Source of the DNA: Mobula hypostoma
Taxonomy: Eukaryota
Direction: 5' to 3'
Assembly (NCBI RefSeq): GCF_963921235.1
Contig: NC_086101.1
Location: 9,178,001 to 9,242,000 of the forward strand
DNA length: 64,000 nucleotides
Shown here: piece after piece, positions 39,773-51,500 of the stretch
Layout of the letters: every line of letters begins with the position of its first letter
Position numbering within the stretch: the first letter of the stretch is position 1
Notes under the pieces: generated by a model
Database searches by the model: none
Seen by the model: only the letters and a program-made list of their open reading frames with translations
What the model was told of the DNA's origin: nothing
Translations under genes and position numbers: made by a program

Positions 39773-40346
39773 AACACACACAAAAACTGCTGGTGAATGC
39801 AGCAGGCCAGGCAGCATCTTTCGGAAGGGTACAGTCGACGTTTCGGGCCGAGACCCTTCGGCAGGACTAACTGAAAGAAGAGATAGCAACTGATTTGAAA
39901 GGGGGAGGGGTAGATCCGAAATGATAGGAGAAGACAAGAGGGGGAGGGATGGAGCTAAGAGCTGGAAAGTTGATTGGCAAAAGGGATGTGAGGCTGGAGA
40001 AGGGAGAGGATCATGGGATGGGAGGCCTAGGGAGAAAGAAAGGGGGGTGGGGAAAGACCAGAGGATGGGCAGGGAGTTATAGTGAGAGGGACAGAAGGAG
40101 GAAACAGAGAGGAAAAAAAGGGGGAAAAGAAAAATAATAAATAAATAAACAAACAAACAAACAAACAGGCAAACAAACAGACAGACAGATAGATAGATAA
40201 ATAAGGGATGGGGTACGAAGGGGAGGTGGGGCATTAATGGAAGTTAAAGAAGTCAATGTTCATGCCATCAGGTTGGAGGCTATCCAGACAGAATATAAGG
40301 TGTTGTTCCTCCAACCTGAGTGTCGCTTCATCTTTACAGTAGAGAA
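39773..40346 (-). mobile_element. Penelope-like insertion with hammerhead terminus and a compound microsatellite (40134-40203)
   Basis: An approximately 11-bp TSD GGCAG(C/A)CTATT interrupts the CR1 RT; GIY-YIG tail homology. Confidence 0.8.
39832..39869 (-). ncRNA. Hammerhead motif, single core mutation (CUGACGA>CUGCCGA)
   Basis: Minus strand TAGTC-CTGCCGA-AGGGTCTCGGCCC-GAAAC-GTC-GACTG. Confidence 0.65.
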
Positions 40347-41917
40347 GGCAGACTATTACTTAGATGGGGAGAGAATTCAAAATGCAGAGATGCAAAGGGA
40401 CTTGGGAGTCCTTGTGCAGAATACCCTAAAGGTTAACCTCCAGGTTGAGTTGGTGGTGAAGAAGGTGAATGCAATGTTGGCATTCATTTCTAGAGGTAGA
40501 GAATATAAGAGCAGGGATGTGATGTTGAGGCTCTATAAGGCACTCGTGAGACCACACTTGGAGTATTGTGTGCAGTTTTGGGCTCCGTATTTTAGAAAGG
40601 ATATACTGACATTGCAGATGGTTCAGAGAAGATTTACGCGAATGGTTCCAGGAATGAAAGGGTTAGCGTATGAGGAATATCCAGCAGCTCTTGGGCTGTA
40701 TTCCCTGGAGTTCAGGAGAATGAGGGGGGATATCACAGAAACATTCCAAATGTTAAAAGGCCTGAACAGGTTAGATATGGCAAAGTTACTTCCCATGGTA
40801 GGGGATTCTAGGACTAGAGGGCACGATTTCAGTATAGAAGGACGTCCTTTTAGAACTGAGATGTGGAGAAATTACTTTCGTCAGAGGGTGGCAAATCTAT
40901 GGAATTTGTTGCCACTATCAGCTGTGGAGGCCAAGTCATTGGGTACAATTAAGGCAGAGACAGGTAGGTTATTGATTAGCCAGGGCGTCAAAGGGTTTGG
41001 GGAGAAGGCAGGGGATGGGGATGACTGGAAGAATCAGATCAGCCCATGATTGAAAGGCAGAGCAAAATCGATAGGCCAAATGGCCTATTTCTGCTTCTAT
41101 ATATTATGGTCTTAAAATGAACATCTGATTCAATGAAGAGATCCCGGCTCTATTTGTCTTGTAAATTAGAGGAATGGCTCCTCATGTTCCACCAGGGTGT
41201 CCGGCAACCTGACAGCATCAACATCGAATTCTCAAACTTCTGGTAGTCCCGCCCTCTCTGTCACTTTTCCCGTTTAATTGTCTCTCTCCTCCTGGTCCTC
41301 CAGCCCCATCACCTTATCTCTTTCTCTTCATTCCCCACTCTCTCCATCTGCCCATCACCCACACACTCCTTCCCACCTCCCTCCCTTTACTCTGGGCTCC
41401 ACTTTCCCCTCCTGTCAGATTTCAAAATCTTCAGCCCTTTGTCACTGACACCTCTCACCCCCCAGTTTCTGACACATTTCCACCCCTCCCTCATCTACCT
41501 GGATCCACCCATCACCTGCCAGCTCTGTCTCCATCCTTCTCTCCCCCATTCTGCACCGGTCATCTCCTCTCTGACTTTCAGACCACATGAAGGGCCTCGA
41601 GCCAAAACGTCAACTGTCCATTTCCCTCCATAGATTTTATCTGACACGCTGCGAGTCTCCGGCGCTTTGTGTATTACCACCACTACATGTCCCGTGTTAT
41701 CAAGATTCACCCTGACCTCGCTCTCCCAGTCAGCACCACCACCACTTGTCCCAGTTACCCGGTCAGTCCGGGTGGACTTTAGCACCCGGGGGAGCCGGGG
41801 GGCCGGGGAGCTCAGGACCCGCCGCCCGCGGCTGCTGCTGAATCCGCAGTGTTTCTGTTCCGTTGACGGATGCGGTGAACGAGTTAAAATTAATGGATCG
41901 ATAATTCTCACATCGTG

Positions 41918-41923
41918 TTTATT
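41918..41923 (-). terminator. Putative polyadenylation signal of the TRIM gene
   Basis: AATAAA on the minus strand about 65 nt after the stop codon. Confidence 0.55.
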
Positions 41924-41987
41924 TCAGTCCCTGCACATTTATATTTACACTGACTTACTCCTGACGCCGGTCCCGGACCCGACCCGT

Positions 41988-42520
41988 TTACAGACCCGGA
42001 GCGGAACCGGAGCAGATTCTCAGCCACTGGTTTTTATCCCAAGTCTCCAAGTAAGGATAAAGTTTCTCCGTGAATTTGTTCCCAGTGAAGGTGTGGAGAT
42101 GGGACTTGGTCTTCGCGTTGTAAAATGAAACTGTCCCGGACTCGTAACTGAGATGAACTCCCACCCTCCCGGGGATGGGACCGGCAGGGAGACGGGACTC
42201 AGGGGAGGTGTGAACCAACATCACGTCATTAACCCGCCCGATGGTCCAGAATCCGGTCTCCGGACTCGGTGTGAACCCTCCCTTCCTCTCCACAGACTCT
42301 GCGGCGACTCCCAGATACCAGCGCCGATTCCCCGTCACCTCCACCTCCCAGTAATGTCTCCCCGATGTGAATCCCTCCGATCCCAGCACACAACCCCAGT
42401 CTGTGAACCTCTTCCCGGTGTCAGGGAGACTCCTCCGGGTCCCGGTCAGTCTCACACTCTTCCGATCGTCAGACACCTCGAGCAGCGGATGCGCCGTTTC
42501 CACATCCAGGGTGACAGAGA
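41988..42520 (-). CDS. TRIM last coding exon (PRY/SPRY, B30.2 domain)
   Basis: ttctccccccag|TCTCTGTCACC. Encodes VSVTLDVETAHPLLEVSDDRKSV...GFTSGRHYWEVEV...GRVGVHLSYESGTVSFYN...LYPYL, then TAA. Confidence 0.95.
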
Positions 42521-45500
42521 CTGGGGGGAGAAGCAGAGAATTAGAGAGTCCCCGGGGATCGGGGGGAGACTCGGGCAGCGCGGCCCCGGGACCGGACCGG
42601 GGGAAAGGCCGCTGGGCCTCAGGCACAGTCGGATGTCCAACAGGACCCTTTCCCGCGAGTTTTACCAAAACAAATCGGATGGACAACCAGCATCTTCCCG
42701 AGATTCTTCCTCGGCATGGAGATCGGATTTTTCCCGATCAACACACACGAAATTCTGGCGAATCTCAGAGGGTCAAGCAGCATGTGTTAAGAGAGATGTG
42801 CAGTCGATGTTTCAAGCCGAGACCTTTCCTCAAGATTGGAAAGAAAGACGGGAGATAGCAGTGGAAACGGGTATGAGGAATGGCTGGAGCAACAACTGGA
42901 TCCAGATGAGGATGGGGTGAGGAAACACTGGAGGCATTTAAAGAGGAGGTCAGGCAGAATTCATTCGTTCTGACCAACTCTCTTTAATGAACCAGTTCTA
43001 TTTGCCTGTATTTACCCATTTTTCCTTTAACCCTTTCCCAGCCACGTACCCGTCCAGATGTCTTTTAAATCATTGTAACTGTATTCACCTCTACAATTTC
43101 CTTTGGCAGCCTCCTGAGCTCCAGGGAAAAGTCCCAGAATATCCAGCCTCTCCTTATAACCCACACCCTCCAGTCTCAGTAACATCTTTGTAAATCTGTA
43201 TTATACCCTCTCAGTTTAATGACATGCTTCCTGTAGAAAGATCACCAGCACTGGACAGAGTTATCCAAATCATAAAGACCAGAGTTCAGAGTTCAATTGC
43301 GACACCATCTGTAAGGAGTTTGCACGGTCTCCCTGAGACCTCGTGCCTTTCCTCTGGGTGCTCGTGATTCATCCTCAGAATGGGGAGGAGTGGACAGTGA
43401 GGGAAACCATTATTACTTGCAGTGGGATCTGGAGCAGCTGGAAAAATGGGCTGAAAAGTGTCAGCTGGAATTTAATGCAGACTAGTGTGAGCTGTTGCAC
43501 TTTGGTAGGACTCCAGTGTAGGTCTTACACAGTGAATGGTCGGGCACTGAGGACTCTGTTCTACAGCAGATCTGGGAACACAGGTCCATAATACATCGAA
43601 AGCTTTTCTTTGGCCTTCATGAATCAAAGTATTGAGTACAGGAGATGGATGTTATGTTGAAGTTGTATGAGATGTTGGTTTGGCCTAATTTGGAATATTG
43701 TGTGCAGGTTTGGTCACCTACCTACAAGAAAGATGTAAACAAGTTTGAAAGAGTGCGGAGAAAATTTACAAGGATGTAGCTGGGACTGGAGGATCTGAGT
43801 CATAATGAAAGATTGAATAGTTTAGGACTGTATTCCTGTAACATGGAAGACTGAGGGGAGATTTGATAGAGGTATACAAAATTATGAGGGGTATGCTGTA
43901 ACTGCAAGCAGGCATTTTCCACGGAGGTTGGGTGGGATTACAACCAGAGGTCATGTGTTAAAGGTGAAAGATGAAAAGTTTAAGGGGAACATGAGGGGAA
44001 ACTGTTTCATTCAGAGGGTTGTGAGAGTGTGAACAAGCTGCCAATGCAAGTGGTCCATACAAGCTCGATTTAAACATTTAAGAGGTTTGGACAGGTACAT
44101 GGATGGTAGGAGTTGGAGGACTCTGGTCCCGATGCAGGTCGATGGGAGCAGGTAGTTTAAATGTTTCGGTACAGACCAGGTGGGCTGAAGGGCCTGTGCT
44201 GTTAGTTTCTATCACTCTGTGACGCTCGTACAAAGACATAACGGTTTGTAGGTTACATGGTCATTGTACATTGCCCGTGATTAGGTTAGTTTTAAATAGT
44301 TGGGGTGCTGGGTGGAGCAGGTCATTGGTCTGGGACGCCCTGTTTCACACTGTATCTAAATAAATAAATAACCTCTTCACTGTCCATGAAACCACCAATT
44401 TTAAAGTCCTTCACAAACCTACTAAACACGTCACCTACATTCTCTCCGAATCATTCATATGAATGATGAAAAACAGTGGACCCAGCACCGATCCCTGCAG
44501 CACAACCGCTGGTCACAGGACTCCACCCAGACAATTCTGTATCCTATTCCAGATCGTACTGTATCCCATGTGATCTAACTCTCTGCTACCTTGTCAAATC
44601 CCTCGCTAAACTCCATGGAGACGATGTCTACTGCACTTTCATCAGCTGTAATTTATTTATTGAGATACAGCTCGGAATAGGCCCTTCCGGCCCTTTGACC
44701 CCCACCACCCAGAAACCCCTGATTTAATCCGAGCCTGACCATGGGACAAGTCACAATGACCCCCACCACCCAAAACCCCTGATTTAATCCGAGCCTGACC
44801 ATGGGACAAGTCACAATGACCCCACCACCCAGAAACCCCTGATTTAATCCGAGCCTGACCATGGGACAAGTTACAATGACCCCCACCACCCAGAAACCCC
44901 TGATTTAATCCGAGCCTGACCATGGGACAAGTTACAATGACCCCACCACCCAGACACCCCTGATTTAATCCGAGCCTGACCATGGGACAAGTTACAATGA
45001 CCCCACCACCCAGAAACCCGATTTAATCCGAGCCTAACCATGGGACAAGTTACAATGACCCCCGCCACTCAGCAACCCCTGATTTAATCCGAGCCTGACC
45101 ATGGGACAATTTACAATGACCAATTAACCTGCCAAACGGTATGGGTTTGGACTGTGAAACCGGAGCACCTGGAACAAACCCACGTGGTCATGGGGAACGT
45201 ACAAACTCCTTACAGGCAGTGACGGGACATGAACCCGGGTCGCTGGTACTGTAAAGCGTTGTGCTAACCACTATGCTACCGTACCGTCCATGCAGAAAAC
45301 CAAGCTGGGTATCCCTGGTTAGTCCTCGCCTTTCCAAATGAATGTAGATCCCGTCTCTCAGAATCCCCTCCATTAATGTACCCATCACTGACGTTAGGCT
45401 CACCGGTCTGTACTTCCCCGGCTTTTCCCTACAGCCGATCTTCAATAAATGTTCAACATTAGTCTCCCTCCAGTCTTCTGGCCCCTCGCCCGCAGCTATC

Positions 45501-48500
45501 GATGACACACATATCTCCAAAATGGGCTCCACACTTTCCTCCTAAGCTTCCCATAATGTCCTGGGATACACTTGATCAGGACCTGGGGATTTATCCACCT
45601 TTCTGCATTTTAGGACCTGCAGCACATTTGCTTCTGTAATGTGGTCGATAATGAGGTCAATGGTCTTCTGTAACACAGGAGAATTGTGGGCTGTGGAACT
45701 GGCGCAGAAGAGGAGTTGAGGCCTGGGACAGAGAAATGATGACAGGGAAGGTTTAGAAGGATACGGGCGAAATGCAGGTAAATAGACTGGGAGGTGATCT
45801 GACAGAAATATGTAAGGTTATGTGGGGTGTAGATTGAGCAGAGGAGAGGGGGAGTGATGAGACAGGAGCCTGAAGTGACTGTGGACTGAAGATTGGTGAA
45901 AGATGGCAGGCAAGTTGCTCCAGGTAGCGGAAGGGTGGGGAGTGTGGACCGGAGCTGGGAGACACTGGGAAGTGAATAACAGGTGGAGACCAACACAATG
46001 AAAATTTTGATGGCTGGTAGGAGCGAGGTTGTAGGAAGGTTGGGAGATGGGAAGGTGGGAGAAAGTTGTGGGAGGGTGAAAAACAGGAGCACAAAGGCCG
46101 ACCTGTGCTGGAATCTTATCAGTAAAGGAGGTTCCACTCTATCCGCCCAAAGGAGAACTTCCCAGTGGCCAAACATTTTAATTCCCATTCCAAAATGTCG
46201 GTCCACAGCCGCCTCTTGCGTCAAGGTGAGGCCATCCTCAGGATGGAGGAGCAACACCTTATATTCTGCCTGGGTAGCCTCTGACCTGATGGCATGAATA
46301 TTGATTTCCTCTTCAGGTAAAATTTTTCTCATCCCCTCCCCTCTTCTTCTATTCCCCACTCTGGCCTTTAACCTCTTCTCACCTCCCTATCACTACTCCC
46401 TGGGTCCCCTCCTCCTTCCCTTTCTCTTATAGAAACATAGAAACATAGAAAATAGGTGCAGGAGTAGGCCATTCGGCCCTTCGAGCCTGCACCGCCATTC
46501 ATTATGATCATGCCTGATCATCCAACTCAGAACACCGCCCCAGCCTTCCCTCCATACCCCCTGACCCCTGTAGCCATAAGGGCCATATCTAACTCCCTCT
46601 TAAACATAGCCAATGAACTGGCCTCAACAGTTTGCTGTGGCAGAGAATTCCACAGATTCACCACTCTCTGTTTGAAGAAGTTTTTCCTAATCTCGGTCCT
46701 AAAAGGCTTCCCCTCTATCCTCAAACTGTGACCCCTCGTTCTGGACTTCCCCAACATCGGGAACAATCTTCCTGCATCTAGCCTGTCCAATCCCTTTAGG
46801 ATCTTATACGTTTCAATCAGATCCCCCCTCAATCTTCTAAATTCCAACGAATACAAGCCCAGTTCATCCAGTCTTTCTTCATATGAAAGTCCTGCCATCC
46901 CAGGAATCAATCTGGTGAACCTTCTTTGTACTCCCTCTATGGCAAAGATGTCTTTCCTCAGATTAGGGGACCAAAACTGCACACAATACTCCAGGTGTGG
47001 TCTCACCAAGGCCTTGTACAACTGTAGTAGTACCTCCCTGCTCCTGTACTCGAATCCTCTCGCTATAAATGCCAGCATACCATTCGCCTTTTTCACCGCC
47101 TGCTGTACCTGCATGCCCACTTTCAATGACTGGTGTATAATGTGTTACGTACCCCGTAACTGGGTTGCCAAACCAGCAGAAATGGATCACTCAGTTGGAG
47201 TCTGGAGTACTAGAACTAAGAAAGTTTTATTAAAGAAACAAGCAACACAGTAATCGAAAGGATAATAAATGCAACAATTCAACAATGATAACCACACATG
47301 TGCACAGAATTAAGATAACAGCATCAATCAAGCTCTATCGTTGTCTAGGGGTAAATGACCAATTTCAAAATGACTCAAAGTTCAGTCCAGTTTAGTAGTT
47401 CAGTTCGCAGTAATCGTTGTCATGGCGATGGACAAGGTGGGGAAGAGAGACATAGAATAGGAACAACTCATCATTCAGCACAGCTTCACTCACAGACCAG
47501 CGAGATGGCTCACAAACAGCATTTGGGCGGGTCCTTGGTGATGTCACCTGAGGTCACCGACTGTGACCCCTCCTCCAGATGCGGTCGATCCTCTGCAGTG
47601 AACCCGGCACCCAGGCAAGGGCGGACACACACCGGGTTCCCGCTGATCGTACCTTTCCACCCTTGTCGTTGTCTGGCACTTCTCACCCACTCGTGAGAAG
47701 CGCACCGCTTCCAGGGTCTCGTTACCTCGGGTGGCGTGTGTCTGTCTGTCTTAGCGAACCTGTCCCTTTTTATCCCCCTGCTGGGGTATCGCCTGTCCAT
47801 CACTTCAAACAGTTCAGGGTTCAAAGGGGGGAGCCGCTCCAGACAGCTCTTCCTCCCACATCCCTTCATTACACATCTCCAGACGCTGCTCCATTGTTCC
47901 TTATCTCTCCTTCCCCTGAGGGCAGGTGGCAGACCAACTGCTGATGCCACTGATGCTAGCCCAGGCCAGCAAACATCTTAATTTTATGTGTATTCTCGTA
48001 ACAAATGACACCCAGGTCTCGTTGCACCTCCCCTTTTCCTAATCGGCCACCATTCAGATAATAATCTGTTTTCCTATTTTTGCCACCAAAGTGGATAACT
48101 TCACATTTATCCACATTAAATTGCATCTGCCATGAGCTTGCCCACTCACCCAACCTATCCAAGTCACCCTGCATCCTCTTAGCATCCTCCTCACTGCTAA
48201 CACTGCCACCCAGCTTCGTGTCATCCGCAAACTTGGAGATGCTGCATTTAATTCCCTCATCCAAGTCATTAATATATATTGTAAACAACTGGGGTCCCAG
48301 CACTGAGCCTTGCGGTACCCCACTAGTCACCGTCTGCCATTCTGAAAAGGTCCCGTTTATTCCCACTCTTTGCTTCCTGTCTGCTAACCAATTCTCCACC
48401 CACACCAATACCTTACCCCCAATACCGTGTGCTTTAAGTTTGCACACTAATCTCCTGTGTGGGACCTTGTCAAAAGTCTTTTGAAAATCCAAATATACCA

Positions 48501-51500
48501 CATCCACTGGTTCTCCCCTATCCACTCTACTAGTTACATCCTCAAAAAATTCTATGAGATTCGTCAGACATGATTTTCCTTTCACAAATCCATGCTGACT
48601 TTGTCCGATCATTTCACCGCTTTCCAAATGTACTGTTATCACATCCTTGATAACTGACTCCAGCAGTTTCCCCACCACCGACGTTAGGCTAACCGGTCTA
48701 TAATTCCCCGGTTTCTCTCTCCCTCCTTTTTTAAAAAGTGGGGTTACATTAGCCACCCTCCAATCCTCAGGAACTAGTCCAGAATCTAACGAGTTTTGAA
48801 AAATTATCACTAATGCATCCACTATTTCTTGGGCTACTTCCTTAAGCACTCTAGGATGCAGACCATCTGGCCCTGGGGATTTATCTGCCTTCAATCCCTT
48901 CAATTTACCTAACACCACTTCCCTACTAACATGTATTTCACTCAGTTCCTCCATCTCACTGGACCCTCTGTCCCTTACTATTTCTGGAAGATTATTTATG
49001 TCCTCCTTAGTGAAGACAGAACCAAAGTAATTACTCAATTGGTCTGCCATGTCCTTGCTCCCCATAATCAATTCACCTGTTTCTGTCTGCAGGGGACCTA
49101 CATTTGTCTTTACCAGTCTTTTCCTTTTTACATATCTATAAAAGCTTTTACAGTCCGTTTTTATGTTCCCCGCCAGTTTTCTCTCATAATCTTTTTTCCC
49201 CTTCCTAATTAAGCCCTTTGTCCTCCTCTGCTGAACTCTGAATTTCTCCCAGTCCTCAGGTGAGCCACTTTCTCTGGCTAATTTGTATGCTACTTCTTTG
49301 GAATTGATACTATCCCTAATTTCTCTTGTCAGCCACGGGTGCACTACCTTCCTTGATTTATTCTTTTGCCAAACTGGGATGAACAATTGTTGTAGTTCAT
49401 CCATACAACCTTTAAATGCTTGCCATTGCATATCCACCGTCAATCCTTTAAGTGTCATTTGCCAGTCTATCTTAGCTAATTCACGTCTCATACCTTCAAA
49501 GTTACCCCTCTTTAAGTTCAGAACCTTTGTTTCTGAATTAACTATGTCACTCTCCATATTAATGAAGAATTCCACCATATTATGGTCACTCTTACCCAAG
49601 GGGCCTCTCCTTATTATGGTCCACTCTCCTCTCCGATCAGATTCCTTCTTCTCCAGCCCTTTAGCTTTCCCACCCCCCTGGCTTCACCTATCACCTTCTA
49701 GCTAGCCTCTCTCCCCTCTCCCCACCTTTTTATTCTGCCATCTCCCCCCTTCAATTTCAGTCCTGAAGAAGGATCACAGCCCAAAACATCAACTTTCTCA
49801 TTGTGAGGGAAGTGGGTACATGTGGAAATTGCTGCCAAAGGAAGCCGTATGAACAGGTATAATTAAAATATTATAAAATCAATTTAGACAGGTACAACGA
49901 TAGGCAATGCTTAGAAGGATATGGGACAAACACACGGAAATGTGTCTGTGTCTCTGACGATGTGTCCCACTCTGATGGTGCATTTGGATATTATCAACAT
50001 ATCAATGTATCAATGTGTGCATGTGCGTTGGTTGTATCAGTGAGTGTGTGTACACATTGAAGGTGAGGGTGTATGTTGAACTATTTGTATGTTACAGAGT
50101 GTCTTCACTTGTCCAGTGTGTGTTGACAATGTGTGACATGTGTGTGAGTTGTTCAGATAGAAATCATGCACTGTGTCTGAAGAGAATAGTTTTCAGGTTA
50201 CTGAGGGGACTAACAATGTGCAATGCTGAGGTTCTGACTACAGTCTGCTAAACAGGTGTAATTAAAATATTATAAAATTAATTTAGACAGGTACAACGAT
50301 AGGCAATGGTTAGAAGGATATGGGACAAACACATGGAAATGTGTCTGTGTCTCTGACGATGTGACCCATTCCGATGTTGCATTTGGATATTATCAATATA
50401 TTACTGTGTCTGAAGAGAATAGTTCAGGGCCCCAAACAGTACTTCCAAGTGAGGCAACACTTCACTTGTGAATCTGTTGGGGTCATCTATTGCATCCGGT
50501 GCTCCCGGTGCGGCCTCCTCTACATCGGTGAAACCCGACGCAGATTGGGGGACCGCTTCGTCGAGCACTTCCGCTCCGTCCGCCAAAACAGACAGGATCT
50601 CCCAGTAGCCACCCACTTCAACTCTGTTTCCCGCTCCCATTCGGATATGTCCATACATGGCCTCCTCTACTGCCATGATGAGGCCAAACTCAGGTTGGAG
50701 GAGCAACACCTCATATACCATCTAGGTAGTCTCCAGCCCCTTGGTATGAACATAGAGTTCTCCAACTTCCGGTAATTCCCTCCCCCTCCCTTCCTCTATC
50801 GCTATGTCACTCTGCCCCCTCCCCCAGCTGCCTATCACCTCCCTCATGGTTCCGCCTCCTTCTACTACCCATTGTGTTTTCCCCTATTCTTTCTTCACCT
50901 TTCCTGCCTATCACCTCCCTGCTTCCCCTCCCACACCCCTTTATCTTTCCCCTTACTGGTTTTTCACCTGGAACCTACCAGCCTTCTCCTTCCCACCCTC
51001 CCCCTCCTTCTTTATAGGGCCTCTGCCCCTTCCCTCTACAGTCCTGACGAAGGGTTCCGGCCCTAAACGTAAACCGCTCTTTTCCACAGATGTTGCCCGA
51101 CCTGCTGAGTTCCCCCAGCGTGTTGTGAGTGTTGCTTTGACCTCAGCATCTGCAGATTATTTTGTTTGAGGAGAATAGTTTCCAGGTGTCTGAGGGGACT
51201 AACAATGTGCAATGCTGGGGCTCTGACTACAATCTGCTAAACCTTCTTGTGAATGTGTGTGAGGGAGATTTGCCAGACCAGTTATGCTGTGTTCACCAGT
51301 GTTAATGTTGGTTGGTGTGTCCGGGCTCAGTCTTCAATGTGGTGGTTTGATAACAACAGTGAGACTCGCGAGTCCAGCAGGGGGCAGAGCTGAGTCAATC
51401 AGACTGCGGTCACGGACAGGTCAGACAGGGTGAGCGGCACGAAGGACTGGTGTATTTTTCTGACAATCCCTGTCACCACAGTGATACCAGATTTTATCCC

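Larger units (their letters stand above)
38757..41113 (+). mobile_element. CR1 ORF1 esterase fragment joined to a CR1 RT/3' fragment
   Basis: AVVIGDSIVSGTDRRFC...VVISGLPPVP (38757-39257), then KSCLTNLLQIFEE and YLDFQKVFDKVPH through to the 3' UTR. Confidence 0.85.

Noticed and set aside
42521..42686. N-terminal part of the 232-aa SPRY ORF as coding sequence
   Set aside because: It lies upstream of a clear polypyrimidine/AG acceptor, so it is intronic read-through.
44699..45120. CRISPR-like array
   Set aside because: The units are head-to-tail with no unique spacers, are derived from a SINE, and sit in a vertebrate context with no cas genes.
45215..45283. tRNA genes (also about 59130-59195)
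   Set aside because: The A/B boxes belong to SINE heads followed by SINE bodies, and no complete cloverleaf is present.
45610..46359. 249-aa ORF, and similar ORFs at 42153-42920, 28260-28925 and 39734-40234
   Set aside because: These are low-complexity or antisense frames over repeats or the GC-rich SPRY exon, with no domain signature.
50374..50775. Stand-alone GIY-YIG nuclease gene
   Set aside because: It is a 5'-truncated Penelope-like insertion bounded by a TSD, and its start codon comes from flanking DNA.
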